DNA from: Spirochaetia bacterium
GTDB taxonomy: Bacteria > Spirochaetota > Spirochaetia > SZUA-6 > Bin103
Length of the DNA: 64,000 nt
Direction of reading: 5' to 3'
NCBI GenBank assembly: GCA_965208575.1
Contig: CBDBOV010000006.1
Span: forward strand, 672,001-736,000
Below the pieces are notes generated by a model. It did not search any database. It was not told the DNA's origin and saw only the letters and a list, made by a program, of their open reading frames with translations. This document shows positions 40,301-49,212 of the stretch, in pieces. Each line of letters begins with the position of its first letter. The stretch's first letter is position 1. A program made the position numbers and the translations under genes.

Positions 40301-40494
40301 GCCACGCGCCGTTCCACCTCTTCCGGCGAGGAGTTGGGAAACGGCGCCACCACCGTCAGCGCCGGGCTCTCGATCTCCGGCAGGAACAGCAGCGGCAGCC
40401 GGCCGATGGCGAAGAAGCCGAACACGCACACGGCGGCAATCACCAGCAGTACGCCGAGCGGGCGGCGCACGGAAAACTCGGCAAACGTACTCAT
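37378..40494 (-). CDS. RND efflux permease (AcrB family), subunit B
   Basis: SVRRP start, GMLVDNSVVVLENI, GVVVNNGIILVD, RLRPILIT; ATGA overlap with subunit A. Confidence 0.93.
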   Translation of the reverse strand: MSTFAEFSVRRPLGVLLVIAAVCVFGFFAIGRLPLLFLPEIESPALTVVAPFPNSSPEEVERRVASPIEGAVGGMSGVESVSSTSSANSARIRAQFVIGTDMDLAAAEIRDRIDRIRGELPGGVGRIRVSNFSTTDIPILQLSVATEGSRAELERLTEDLVVPRLLRIDGVADVEARGLQNEQVTIDLDPEAMAALGVDVDVLTRSLRANNVDLAGGYLIDGGRRYFVRSVGSFTDLEEIAAQPIAGSGGIRIGDVGVVRRGVGDQDNVQRLNMAEAITVRVSKSSDANVVSVVRDARAQLAAIEAAAPSLSTFVFFDQSKEITTSLNSLRNSGLIGAGLAVLVLFAFLLRVRATLVVAIAIPVSIIATFAVVYLMRRVGGLNFTLNVISLSGLMLAVGMLVDNSVVVLENIYRYRERGLAPRAAAIRGAGEVTTPVFAATLTSIIVFVPVLFTAATPFGRFMGDFATTLVAAMIASLVISLSLIPVVSSRFLVASGGRRHRVMDGLGAAYRAVLRWTLRHRLITLACMLAVLAGGVYLLTTIEREFTPRTPARRMSIAVTAENGVTFDETQAVFDAFERDLLARTEELEIDAVAANFSTRSGNVTVYFRDDASTQRSTADLTNEIRAMLPQLPGYSFSVGRRWGRGGGGALGVSVDITGPNTEVLALFAEDIGARLGALPGVDDVSTNLESGDEQLQVRVNRDRATAADLTPTAVGDLLSANLGDSSAGTLAAGDDELPIRVRVTEAARVDLSGLAQLPVEPGADAVPLGSVATFERQPGPRTIQRDGGSEIVSVTANTDLRGMFRLSGQIRGMLAQQQLPPGYSAEVGQNFRRFQQSEQASLFALLLAAGFIYLVMAALFESFVHPITILTSLPFSLLGVTVLFSLTGTTLNTNSWLGIMVLAGVVVNNGIILVDHINRLRAGGMARTEAILTGGRDRLRPILITACTTLLGLFPLVAPLVAPGVFGPVEGRAGTWGPIALAVVGGLTTSTFMTLVVMPTIYALFDDMAEFLKRVAWAMRPARAGQPHAPEPGAEQ

Positions 40495-43400
40495 GAAGAA
40501 ACCTCCTGCGCAGCGCCCGCGGCGGCCGCGCCGGCGTCGCGCCCCGCGCCGTGGCCGCCGACCAGCGAATAGAGGGTGGGTACCAGCAGCAGCGTGATCA
40601 GCGTCGAGAACAGCAGCCCGCCGATCACCGTGACGGCCAGCGGCTGGCGCAGCTCCCAGCCCTGCCCGAGACGCAGCGCCAGCGGCACCAGCCCCAGCAC
40701 CGTGGTGGCGGTGGTCATCAGGATCGGGCGCAGCCGGGTCACCGACGCCTGCCGGATCGCAGCCGTCGCCGCCATGCCGCCGCGGCGCAACTGGTTGATG
40801 TAGTCCACCAGCACGATGGCGTTGTTGACCACGATGCCGGCCATCATGATCACTCCGATCAGGGCGATTGCGCTGATCGGAACGGCGAAGATCGCCAGCG
40901 TCAGCACCACGCCCACCAGGCCGAACGGCACCGCTGCGAGAATGATGAGCGGGTGCAGCAGCGACTCGAACTGCGCGGCCATCACCAGGTAGGTCAGCAC
41001 CACGGCCAGGATCAAAGCCAGTCTCATGCTGGCGAACGAATCGACCATGTCCTGCCACTGGCCGGCCAGCTCGGCCACCACGCCGTGCTCCGCCTCTACC
41101 GCCGCCAGCACCGCCTGCACTTCTCCGGTGACGCTGCCCAAGTCGCGCCCGTCCAGGTTGGCGGTCACCAGCACCACCCGTTGCTGATCGACACGGCGGA
41201 TCTCGTTGGCGCCCTGCGCCACGGTCACTGCCGCCACCGCCGACAACGGCACCGGCACGTCGCCCACCGTGGTCACGATCAACCCGGCCAGGTCGTCGAT
41301 GGTGGCGCGGTCTTCGGGCCGGGTGCGTACGCGCAGCGACACGTCCTGGCGGCCGCGCTCCAGTTCGGTCGGCACCTCGCCCTGCAGCTTGGCGGCGACG
41401 ATCTCGCCGACCGTCTCGGCGTCCAGGTCCAGCTCCGCCAACTGCGGCCGGTTCAGGTCGATCACCACCTCCGGACTGGTCCCGGCGATTCGCGCGCGGA
41501 CGTCGGCAAGTCCCGCCAACGCCGCCAGCCGCTCGGCGACCGTCAGCGCCGCGCGCTCCAGGAGCGCCGGTGCGGCGCCGCTGATGCGCGCCTCCACGGC
41601 CGCGTCGAACGTGAGCAGCGGCGGGCGGCCGAAGGTAACCGTTGCGCCCGGCACGCCGGCGAGCGCCGCGCGCAGATCCGCCAGGGCGCGATCCTCGCCG
41701 CCGCCTCGATACTCGGGGTGCAGGTCGATCAGGATCTGGCCGCTGTTCTCGCGCACCTCGTTGCCGCCGGTGCGCGACGAGCCGGCCACCGCGTAGGTCT
41801 GCGCCACCGCCGGGAGCTCACCCGCGCGGCGCTGCATCTCCGCCAGGATCACATCGGTGCGCGCCACCGGGGTGCCGGGCGCCAGCTCCACGTCGGCGAC
41901 GATGGTTCCCTGCCGGATCGCGGGAATCAGCTCGGTACCGAGCAGCGGCAACAGGCCGAAAGCGCCGGCCAGCAGCACCACCGCGAGCGCCACTACCCGC
42001 AGGCGGTGGCGCAGGGCCCAGTCCAGCATGCCGGGGTAGCCGGCGCTCACCACGCCGTAGAACCGCTCGAACAGCCAGAACAGCGGGGTGAGCACCATGC
42101 GCAGGACAGCGCCGCCCGCCCGCCCGACGGCGAGCATGCCGCGCCCCGGCGCCGCGGCCACGCGCACCGACAGCAGTTCGCCGGCCACCTCCTCGGCGAC
42201 GCGGCCGCCCGGCCCGCGCCCGGCGCCCGGCGCCGGGTCGGACTCCGGCGGTGCGCCGTCCGTGGATGGATCCGCCGCGGACGCGACCGGCGACGGCCGC
42301 TCGGCGGCGGGTGCCGATTGCGGCGGCAACGCCGGAACCGGACTCTCCGCAGGCGCCCGCGCGGTGCCGTGCGCCGCCGGGGCGCGCAGTCCCGCGGCAC
42401 TGGCCATTGGAATCAGCGTCAGCGCCACCGCCAGGCTCACCACCAGGGAAAACGTGACCGTCAGCGCCGGATCCACGAACAACTGCCCGGCAATGCCGCT
42501 CACGAAGACCACCGGGATGAACACGCACAGGGTGGTCAGGGTGGCGGCCACCACCGCCCCGCCCACCTCGCCGCCGCCGGCGCGGGCCGCCTCGCCGCGC
42601 TCCGCACCGGCGCTCAGGCGCCGGTCGATGCTCTCCAGCACCACGATGGAGCTGTCCAGCAGCATGCCGATGCCGAGCGCGAGGCCGCCGAGCGACATGA
42701 TGTTGAGCGACACTCCGCCGACAAACATGAGAAAAAAGCTGGCGATCACCGAGATGGGAATCGCCAGCCCCACCACCAGCGTGCTGCGCAGGCGGCGCAG
42801 AAACAGGTACAGCACGGCGATGGCCAGCAAGCCGCCGAGCACCGCGGCCCCGATCACGTCACGGATCGACTGCTCGATGAAGCGCGACTGGTCCGACACC
42901 ACGCGCAACTCCACGTCGACCACGCCGGCGAGCTCCTCCTCCACTTCGGCGAGGCGGTCGCGCACCGCGGCGGCCACGGCAACGGTATTCGCGGCCGCCT
43001 CCTTGTGGATCGCGACCTCGACGCTCGGACGGCGGTTGGTGCGGGTAATGGTGGACTGTTCCTGGTAGCCGCTGCGCACCTCGGCCAGGTCCTGCAGCCG
43101 TACCTGCACGTCGCCCACCTCACCCACCACGATGCGCCCTATCTCCTCCACGTCGGCGAACCGCGCCAGCACGCGCACGATGTACTCGGCCGCGCCGTCG
43201 GCAATGCTGCCGCCGGTCACGTCCACGTTCTCGCGCTGCAGGCGGCTGGCGATCTGCGACAGCGGGACACCGAGCAACGCGGCGCGGCTCTGGTCGACGT
43301 CGATCTGGATCTCCTCTTCGACGCCGCCGGAGACGAGGGCGGCGGCCACGCCGTCGATGCTCTCCAGCCGTTGCTTGATCGACTGCTCGGCGAGCAGGCG

Positions 43401-43871
43401 CAGCCCGGCCTGATCGGCTGCCGCCACCTGCCCCGGCACGGCGCTGGCCACGCTGATGCGCATGATCGGGTCGAGCGCCGGATCGAAGCGCAGCAGGATC
43501 GGATCCTGCGCGGCCGCGGGCAGCGCCAGTTGGGCGAGCTGTTCGCGTACGTCGATGGCGGCGAAGTCCATGTCGGTGCCCCAGGCGAACTCCATGATCA
43601 CGTCGGACAGGCCGGCGCGCGAGACGCTGGAGATGTCCACCACGCCGGACACGATACCGACGGCGTCCTCGACCGGGGTGGTGACGAAGGTCTCGACATC
43701 GGCGGGCGCGACGCCGGGGTACTCGGTGCGAATGGTCAGGGTGGGAAACGACAGGTCGGGCAGCAGGTCCACCGGCAACTCGCGGAACGAGATCACGCCG
43801 AAGATCACCACGGCGACAAAAAACACCACCACCGTGACCGGACGGCGGGTTGCGGCGGACACGATCTTCAC
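40491..43871 (-). CDS. RND efflux permease (AcrB family), subunit A
   Basis: RRPVTV, GMLLDSSIVVLESI, GIVVNNAIVLVD, RLRPILMTT. Confidence 0.93.
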   Translation of the reverse strand: MKIVSAATRRPVTVVVFFVAVVIFGVISFRELPVDLLPDLSFPTLTIRTEYPGVAPADVETFVTTPVEDAVGIVSGVVDISSVSRAGLSDVIMEFAWGTDMDFAAIDVREQLAQLALPAAAQDPILLRFDPALDPIMRISVASAVPGQVAAADQAGLRLLAEQSIKQRLESIDGVAAALVSGGVEEEIQIDVDQSRAALLGVPLSQIASRLQRENVDVTGGSIADGAAEYIVRVLARFADVEEIGRIVVGEVGDVQVRLQDLAEVRSGYQEQSTITRTNRRPSVEVAIHKEAAANTVAVAAAVRDRLAEVEEELAGVVDVELRVVSDQSRFIEQSIRDVIGAAVLGGLLAIAVLYLFLRRLRSTLVVGLAIPISVIASFFLMFVGGVSLNIMSLGGLALGIGMLLDSSIVVLESIDRRLSAGAERGEAARAGGGEVGGAVVAATLTTLCVFIPVVFVSGIAGQLFVDPALTVTFSLVVSLAVALTLIPMASAAGLRAPAAHGTARAPAESPVPALPPQSAPAAERPSPVASAADPSTDGAPPESDPAPGAGRGPGGRVAEEVAGELLSVRVAAAPGRGMLAVGRAGGAVLRMVLTPLFWLFERFYGVVSAGYPGMLDWALRHRLRVVALAVVLLAGAFGLLPLLGTELIPAIRQGTIVADVELAPGTPVARTDVILAEMQRRAGELPAVAQTYAVAGSSRTGGNEVRENSGQILIDLHPEYRGGGEDRALADLRAALAGVPGATVTFGRPPLLTFDAAVEARISGAAPALLERAALTVAERLAALAGLADVRARIAGTSPEVVIDLNRPQLAELDLDAETVGEIVAAKLQGEVPTELERGRQDVSLRVRTRPEDRATIDDLAGLIVTTVGDVPVPLSAVAAVTVAQGANEIRRVDQQRVVLVTANLDGRDLGSVTGEVQAVLAAVEAEHGVVAELAGQWQDMVDSFASMRLALILAVVLTYLVMAAQFESLLHPLIILAAVPFGLVGVVLTLAIFAVPISAIALIGVIMMAGIVVNNAIVLVDYINQLRRGGMAATAAIRQASVTRLRPILMTTATTVLGLVPLALRLGQGWELRQPLAVTVIGGLLFSTLITLLLVPTLYSLVGGHGAGRDAGAAAAGAAQEVSS

Positions 43872-43988
43872 GGTCGCGGCTCCGCGCCGCCGGTTCGACG
43901 ACCGATGGACGAGTGATGCCGTAGTTCGCCATGCTGGAGTGCGCGCTGCATCACGCTACACAATACCGTACGCCGGGGCCGGCCGCCA

Positions 43989-44016
43989 TGAACACTGCGT
44001 GAACACCCGTGAACAC
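43989..44016 (-). promoter_or_regulatory. triple direct repeat GTGTTCA, putative OmpR-family binding site
   Basis: TGAACAC on + at 43989, 44000, 44010 (11 and 10 bp period), about 120 bp upstream of the RND operon. Confidence 0.7.
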
Positions 44017-44282
44017 CGGCGCGGCTGCCGCCGCGTCACCGGCAGATTGACCGACGTGCTCCGCCATAATCATCCAACGACCCTCGGGCTCGCCGGCCGC
44101 GCGCCGGGTGTCGCATCCCGCATCGCCGCACCTACTTCGGCACGCCCCGCTTGCGCCGGCGGCGTTGATCGGCATACGGCGCCGGCAGTAGCTTGGGCCA
44201 CCTTGAGTGCCGCCTCTCCTTCCCGCCGCCGTGCGCGCCGCCTCGCCGGCCGGCGCCGGCGCCGTGTGCCGGGTACCGGCGA

Positions 44283-45191
44283 ATGAAGTCCGCGACGCCC
44301 GCGCACAACATCCTGGCGCCGACGCCGGCGATCGTCGCGCTGGTCACCCTGCTGGCGCTGCTGTGGGGCGGCAACTCGGTGTTCATCAAGGTGGGCCTGC
44401 GCGCCATGCCGCCGTTCGCCCTTACCGCGCTCCGGCTCGCTCTGGGCCTGGCCGTGATCGGCGGCTGGGCGGCGGTGCGCCGCATTCCGCTGCGGCTGCG
44501 GCCGGGCGAGTTCCTGCCGCATGCCGCGCTGGCGGGCCTGTTCCTGGTGCAGGTGCTCGCCTTGCACGCCGGCACCCACTTCACTCTGGCCGCCCACTCC
44601 ACCGTGATGATGAGCACCTACCCGCTGTTCACCTCGCTGTTCGCGCACCTGCTGATCGCCGGCGACCGGCTCACGCCGCGCACCGTCGCCGGGCTGGCAT
44701 TGGGATTCGCCGGCGTGCTGGCTACCTTCGCCCCGGAACTGATCGCCGGCGGTGCCCCGGCATCGGCGCTGGGCAGCGCCGTGGTGCTGGCCAGCTCCGG
44801 CCTGCTCGGGCTGCGCACCGCCGTGTCCAAGCGCATGCTGCACGCGGTCAGCGCCGAGAAGCTGCTGTTCTGGATGCTGCTGCTCAGCCTGCCCGCTGCG
44901 GTCGCCCTGAGCCTGTTGTCCGGAGACCCGGCGCGGCTCCGTTTCGACGTCGGAGGACTCCTGGCCGTCGGCTACGTGGGCGTGGTAATCGCCGGGTTCT
45001 GCTTCCTCACCTGGACCGCGATTCTGGCCCGCTACCGCGCCAGCCGGCTTACCGTGATGTTCTTTGCGACCCCGCTGTCCGGTACCTTCCTGAGCTGGTG
45101 GATCGTCGGCGATCCACTCAGCCCCAACCTGCTGCTCGGCGCGCTGCTGGTGGCGGGAGCGATCTTCGTGAACGCCCGCACCCGGTCCTGA
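44283..45191 (+). CDS. DMT/EamA-family transporter
   Basis: LLWGGNSVFIK, RLALG, two EamA repeats, about 10 TM. Confidence 0.9.
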   Translation: MKSATPAHNILAPTPAIVALVTLLALLWGGNSVFIKVGLRAMPPFALTALRLALGLAVIGGWAAVRRIPLRLRPGEFLPHAALAGLFLVQVLALHAGTHFTLAAHSTVMMSTYPLFTSLFAHLLIAGDRLTPRTVAGLALGFAGVLATFAPELIAGGAPASALGSAVVLASSGLLGLRTAVSKRMLHAVSAEKLLFWMLLLSLPAAVALSLLSGDPARLRFDVGGLLAVGYVGVVIAGFCFLTWTAILARYRASRLTVMFFATPLSGTFLSWWIVGDPLSPNLLLGALLVAGAIFVNARTRS

Positions 45192-45342
45192 CCGCCTGGC
45201 GTGGAACCGGCGCATCGCGGAAGGCGATGCAGAAGGCAATGCAATCCATGCAGCACGGGTTCGCCGCGGGCCGCGGATGGATCGCGCAGGCTGCTTGGCC
45301 GGCGACGATTGCGTGGAGCTATATTGAGGCCGCGAGTCGGAT

Positions 45343-46131
45343 ATGAGCAGTTGGCTTCAGCTTGAGGACAGGACCGCGGTGGTGACCGGCGCCGCTTCCG
45401 GGATCGGACGCGCGGTGGCCCGCGCGCTGGCCGAGGCGGGGGTGCGGGTGGTGGCGGCGGACTGCGATGCCGATGCCGGCGCCCGCGCGGCGATGGAACT
45501 GGCCGGTGGTGCGCGCGCCGGACACCGCTTCGCAGCGCTGGAGGTGACCGATTCGGCCAGCGTCCGCGCTCTGTTCGCATCGGCGCCGGAACCCGTGGAC
45601 ATACTGGTCAACAATGCCGGCGTCAACCTGCCGGCGGCGCTGCTCGATGTCCGCCCCGACGACATCGCGCGTACCCTGGCGGTGAACCAGACCGGCATGA
45701 TCCTGTGCGCGCAGGCGGCGGCGGCCGGCATGGTGGCGGCCGGCGGCGGCGTGATCGTCAACGTGGCCTCGGAGTCGGGCCTGGAGGGGTCCGCGGGCCA
45801 GAGCGTGTACGCGGCGAGCAAGGCGGCGGTGTACTCCCTGACCCGCTCCTGGGCAAAGGAGCTCGGCCCGCGGGGCGTGCGCGTGGTGGGGGTGGCGCCG
45901 GGGCCGCTGGAGCCCACCGGCATGACCGGCGCCGCCTACATGGCCGCTCTGGCCAAGGCGCGCAATACCACTGCAGAGGCGATCGATCGCGGCTACGCTT
46001 CCGCGATTCCGCTCGGCCGGCCCGGCACCCTGGCCGAGGTCGCCGACGTGGTGGTGTTCCTGGCCTCGCCGCGCGCCTCCTACGTCACCGGCACGGTGGT
46101 CAACGTCTCAGGCGGGAAGTCGCGCGCGTGA
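45343..46131 (+). CDS. SDR, sorbitol-6-phosphate 2-dehydrogenase (SorD-like)
   Basis: TGAASGIG, NNAG, SESGLEGSAGQSVYAASK, WAKELG, C-terminal SGGKSR. Confidence 0.85.
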   Translation: MSSWLQLEDRTAVVTGAASGIGRAVARALAEAGVRVVAADCDADAGARAAMELAGGARAGHRFAALEVTDSASVRALFASAPEPVDILVNNAGVNLPAALLDVRPDDIARTLAVNQTGMILCAQAAAAGMVAAGGGVIVNVASESGLEGSAGQSVYAASKAAVYSLTRSWAKELGPRGVRVVGVAPGPLEPTGMTGAAYMAALAKARNTTAEAIDRGYASAIPLGRPGTLAEVADVVVFLASPRASYVTGTVVNVSGGKSRA

Positions 46132-47972
46132 GTCCGGCCGACCGCGCCGTGGAGGCTGCCCGGCGGCCCCACCACGGCGTGTTCATCACCGCGCCGGGGC
46201 GCGTGGAGCTGCGCAGCGACCGCCTGCCGGAGAGCTGGTTCGCCGGCGGCTACGTGATCACCGAGTCGCTCGGCAACTCGGTATGCTCCTCCGACCAGAA
46301 GGCGGTGCGGCAATTCACCGGCCATGCGCGCATCCCCGGCGACGCTTCGCAGGTGGCGCTCGGCCACGAAACCGTGCACCGGGTGGTGGCGGCGCCGCCC
46401 GGCACGCCGGTGCGCCCCGGCCAGGTGGTGCTGATCACCCCCGGCCTGTCGAGCACGCCGGTCGACCCCGATTCGTTCGCCCCCGACCCTGAGAGCGGCG
46501 TGCTGGCGGCGCTCGGCTACTCGTTCCGCTACGCCGCCGGCATGCGCCGCTACAGCGGCCTGCCGGAACGGGTCGCCGAGGTGGTCGCCACGCAGGGCAT
46601 GGGCGAACTGTTCATTCCGATCCCGGCCGCCGTCGGCGCCGACCGCACCACCAGCCTGGCGACCCTGGCGCACGCCGAGCCGTTCGCCTGTTGCCGCGGC
46701 GCGTTGCGCCAGATGTTCACGCGCGGACCGAGCGGCGCCGGCAGCGAACTTGTGGCCGGCGTGCCGCCGGACGCGTCCGTGGCCATGCTCAGCGGCACCG
46801 GGCGGATGGCGATGATCACCCTGGCGATCCTCGCCCGCGGACGGCAGTGCCCGCGCCGCATCGCCGTCACCGGCAGCGCCGGGCGGCTGCGCCAGCTTGC
46901 TGCAACGCCGCCGATAGCGGCGCTGCGCAATCGCGGCGTGGCCGTCGACCTGGTAGAGCGCGGCGACCGGGCGTCCGTGGCCGCGCTCCGCACCGAGGCA
47001 CCATTCGACGTGGTCATTACCTTCTTCGCCAACCAGGAGAGCTACGACCTGGCCGCCGAGCTGGTGCGCCCGGGTGGCAACCTCAACAACTTTGCCGGCG
47101 CCAGCGAGCCGGACATCGTGCTGCCGATGACCATCCCCGCAGTGCCGGCCGCAACCGCCGGCGACTCCCGCGCCGCGCTCGCCGAAATGATTCACCCGGA
47201 GGCCCTCGGCGCCGAACGGCGAATCCGCGGGCTGGCCTCCGCGGCGAGTGTCGCACTGGCCGGATTCAGCGCCGGCGACACGCGCGTCGACTCGCTGCTG
47301 CGCGCGCTGCCCTACGATACCGCGGTAGCCGGCAGCGGCACCGATACGGCGGGCGCGGGCCGGACGGGCCGCTTCCCAGGCCTGGCGTTCGGTGCGCCGC
47401 CGCCCTACACCGACCTGTTCATCGCCGGCACGGGGGAGGCCGCCGCCCGCACGTACCGCGAATACGAACAGCAGTTGGCCCGCGACGCCGCCGTCAACTT
47501 CCTTGATGGTGGCACGCAGATCGGCATCCGCTCACGGCACGTACACTACCTGTCGCGGCACCAGATCTGCGGTCCCACGGTGCCGTATTACCTCACCAAC
47601 ACCTCCGAACCCGCCTCTGCCGACCTCGCCGAGCACGCCCGCGACCCGATCGGCTTCGACTGGATGGTGCGCCGTATCGCCGGCCTCACCGCCGCCCCGG
47701 AGCTGATCCGTGACGTCGGCCGCCGCACCCCGTTCGGCTCCCATTTCGTGCTCACCCAACTGGAAGACCTCCCCTACGTCGAAGTCGGCGCTGAGACGTT
47801 CCACGCCGCTGCTCGGGCCGAGCAACGGGCAGGCCACACCGGCACCGCCGCTGCCCTCACCGCCGCTGCCGAAGTGCTTGCCGTCACCGGCGACCAATGG
47901 TCGCGCGCCGTGGAAGACGCCCTCTACCACGGATACGGCCTCCCCCACCCGCTCACCGAGCAACCCGCATGA
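46128..47972 (+). CDS. zinc-binding MDR, L-sorbose-1-phosphate reductase (SorE)-like, enlarged (614 aa)
   Basis: SVCSSD, LGHE, GYSFRY, AEPFACC, LNNFAG, VHY motifs; GTGA overlap with the SDR. Confidence 0.7.
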   Translation: MSPADRAVEAARRPHHGVFITAPGRVELRSDRLPESWFAGGYVITESLGNSVCSSDQKAVRQFTGHARIPGDASQVALGHETVHRVVAAPPGTPVRPGQVVLITPGLSSTPVDPDSFAPDPESGVLAALGYSFRYAAGMRRYSGLPERVAEVVATQGMGELFIPIPAAVGADRTTSLATLAHAEPFACCRGALRQMFTRGPSGAGSELVAGVPPDASVAMLSGTGRMAMITLAILARGRQCPRRIAVTGSAGRLRQLAATPPIAALRNRGVAVDLVERGDRASVAALRTEAPFDVVITFFANQESYDLAAELVRPGGNLNNFAGASEPDIVLPMTIPAVPAATAGDSRAALAEMIHPEALGAERRIRGLASAASVALAGFSAGDTRVDSLLRALPYDTAVAGSGTDTAGAGRTGRFPGLAFGAPPPYTDLFIAGTGEAAARTYREYEQQLARDAAVNFLDGGTQIGIRSRHVHYLSRHQICGPTVPYYLTNTSEPASADLAEHARDPIGFDWMVRRIAGLTAAPELIRDVGRRTPFGSHFVLTQLEDLPYVEVGAETFHAAARAEQRAGHTGTAAALTAAAEVLAVTGDQWSRAVEDALYHGYGLPHPLTEQPA

Positions 47973-49086
47973 CCGCCACGCACACTCGGCCGCAACCGAC
48001 CGGATACGCCGTCGAACTGTACTTCGACGCGGCCGGCGAGAAACCGCTACGCGAGCTTGTCGATCGGCTCCCGGCACTCGGCGTCCGATCCCGGCGGCCG
48101 GCAGCCGCGCGGCCGCACGTCTCGCTGGCGGTGTTCGACCGGGTCGACACGGAACAGCTCACCAGCAGGTCACCGACTGCAGCCAGCCGTTCCGGGTCGG
48201 CGATCGGCGCCAACACCTCGGCCAGGCGGGCAGACGTGTCCGGCCCGAAGCGGCGCGCCGCCATCCGGCACAGCAGCGCCCGCTGCTGTGCAATGCCTTC
48301 CTCGCGGCCTTCCTCGCGGCCTTCGCGCAACCATTGCTTGGGCCACTCACCGACCCGTTCCACCAACGTCATCCTGGCATCCTCCAAGGTCCGCACCCGC
48401 GGAAGCACCGTGCCCCTCGGCGCCAACCGATCGGCCATCTGGCGCACCCAGTCGGCGAACGCACGCCGCAACTCCGCCGCGTGCGCACCACGCAACCAGC
48501 CCTGCAACGCTTCCACCGTGCGCAGCAGATCCGCTGACGACCGGCTCTGTTCCAGGCCCGCCACCGCGCGCAGCAGGTTGCCGCGCGGAAGCTCGTCCGC
48601 CATCGCCCGCTGCACGTCGAGCAGGTAGTAGCGCTGCGACGGCTGGAACGGCGCCAGCCACCCCCCGGCGGGCTCGATCAACTCGCCGACGTCGCGCACC
48701 GCCGTCCACGGCTCGGTACCATTGTACAGCACTACCGGCAGCACCGTCGGCAGCCGCCCGGCCGCCACCTCCGGCGCCCGATTGCGGATCAGCTCCTGGA
48801 ACAGCAGGCCGGTGTAGATCACCACCCGCAGCGCCATCCAGCGATCGTTGTCCGACTGGGACTCCAGCAGCACCAGGACGAACACTCCGCTCCCGGCCAG
48901 CGGCAGCCGCCAAACGGCATCGCCGTGGCGCTGCAGCAACTCGTCGCTGACGTACTCCGCGGACAGCTTGCGCAGACCCCGGAGGTCCGCCGCGGCCAGC
49001 AGATTGCCGGGCACGCACGCGCGCAGCAGATCCTCCACCATGCGCCGGAACGCGAACAGCCTCTTGTAATTCTGATCGTATTGCAC
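47953..49086 (-). CDS. Rpn-family (PD-(D/E)XK, Transposase_31) nuclease, C-terminus probably truncated and extended by read-through
   Basis: GGAGAGG RBS and GTG 49086; YDQNYKRLF, GDAVWRL, LLESQS, LPVVLYNG, GREEGREEG, RRFG tail. Confidence 0.85.
   Translation of the reverse strand: MQYDQNYKRLFAFRRMVEDLLRACVPGNLLAAADLRGLRKLSAEYVSDELLQRHGDAVWRLPLAGSGVFVLVLLESQSDNDRWMALRVVIYTGLLFQELIRNRAPEVAAGRLPTVLPVVLYNGTEPWTAVRDVGELIEPAGGWLAPFQPSQRYYLLDVQRAMADELPRGNLLRAVAGLEQSRSSADLLRTVEALQGWLRGAHAAELRRAFADWVRQMADRLAPRGTVLPRVRTLEDARMTLVERVGEWPKQWLREGREEGREEGIAQQRALLCRMAARRFGPDTSARLAEVLAPIADPERLAAVGDLLVSCSVSTRSNTASETCGRAAAGRRDRTPSAGSRSTSSRSGFSPAASKYSSTAYPVGCGRVCVAVMRVAR
47969..48160 (+). pseudogene. 5' fragment of a 2'-5' RNA ligase-like (2H phosphoesterase) gene
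   Basis: ATGA-coupled start; GYAVELYFD and first HxS motif PHVSLAV, then runs into the antisense of rpn; second HxT motif missing. Confidence 0.65.
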
Positions 49087-49212
49087 CGTCGTTCGCCTCT
49101 CCGCCCATGTCAACGGCCGGAATCGGCCTGACGCTTCCATGGCATGACCCGACCAGCCGGCTTGTTTGGTTCGGGCTTTCGTGTTTGGCAGGAGTTCGCT
49201 ACCCTGGACGGC

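Noticed and set aside
40551-43916. Very long antisense ORFs (this 1121-aa one, also 54321-56990, 51862-53850, 10258-12339, 6234-8303)
   Set aside because: Shadows of real genes in high-GC DNA with strong codon bias; no motifs recognised.
44047-44070. TTGACC...CATAAT promoter for the DMT gene
   Set aside because: Spacer is only 12 nt.
45221-45253. AAGGC(G/A)ATGCA repeats upstream of the SDR as an operator
   Set aside because: Only two short copies plus a partial one; cannot be told from slippage.
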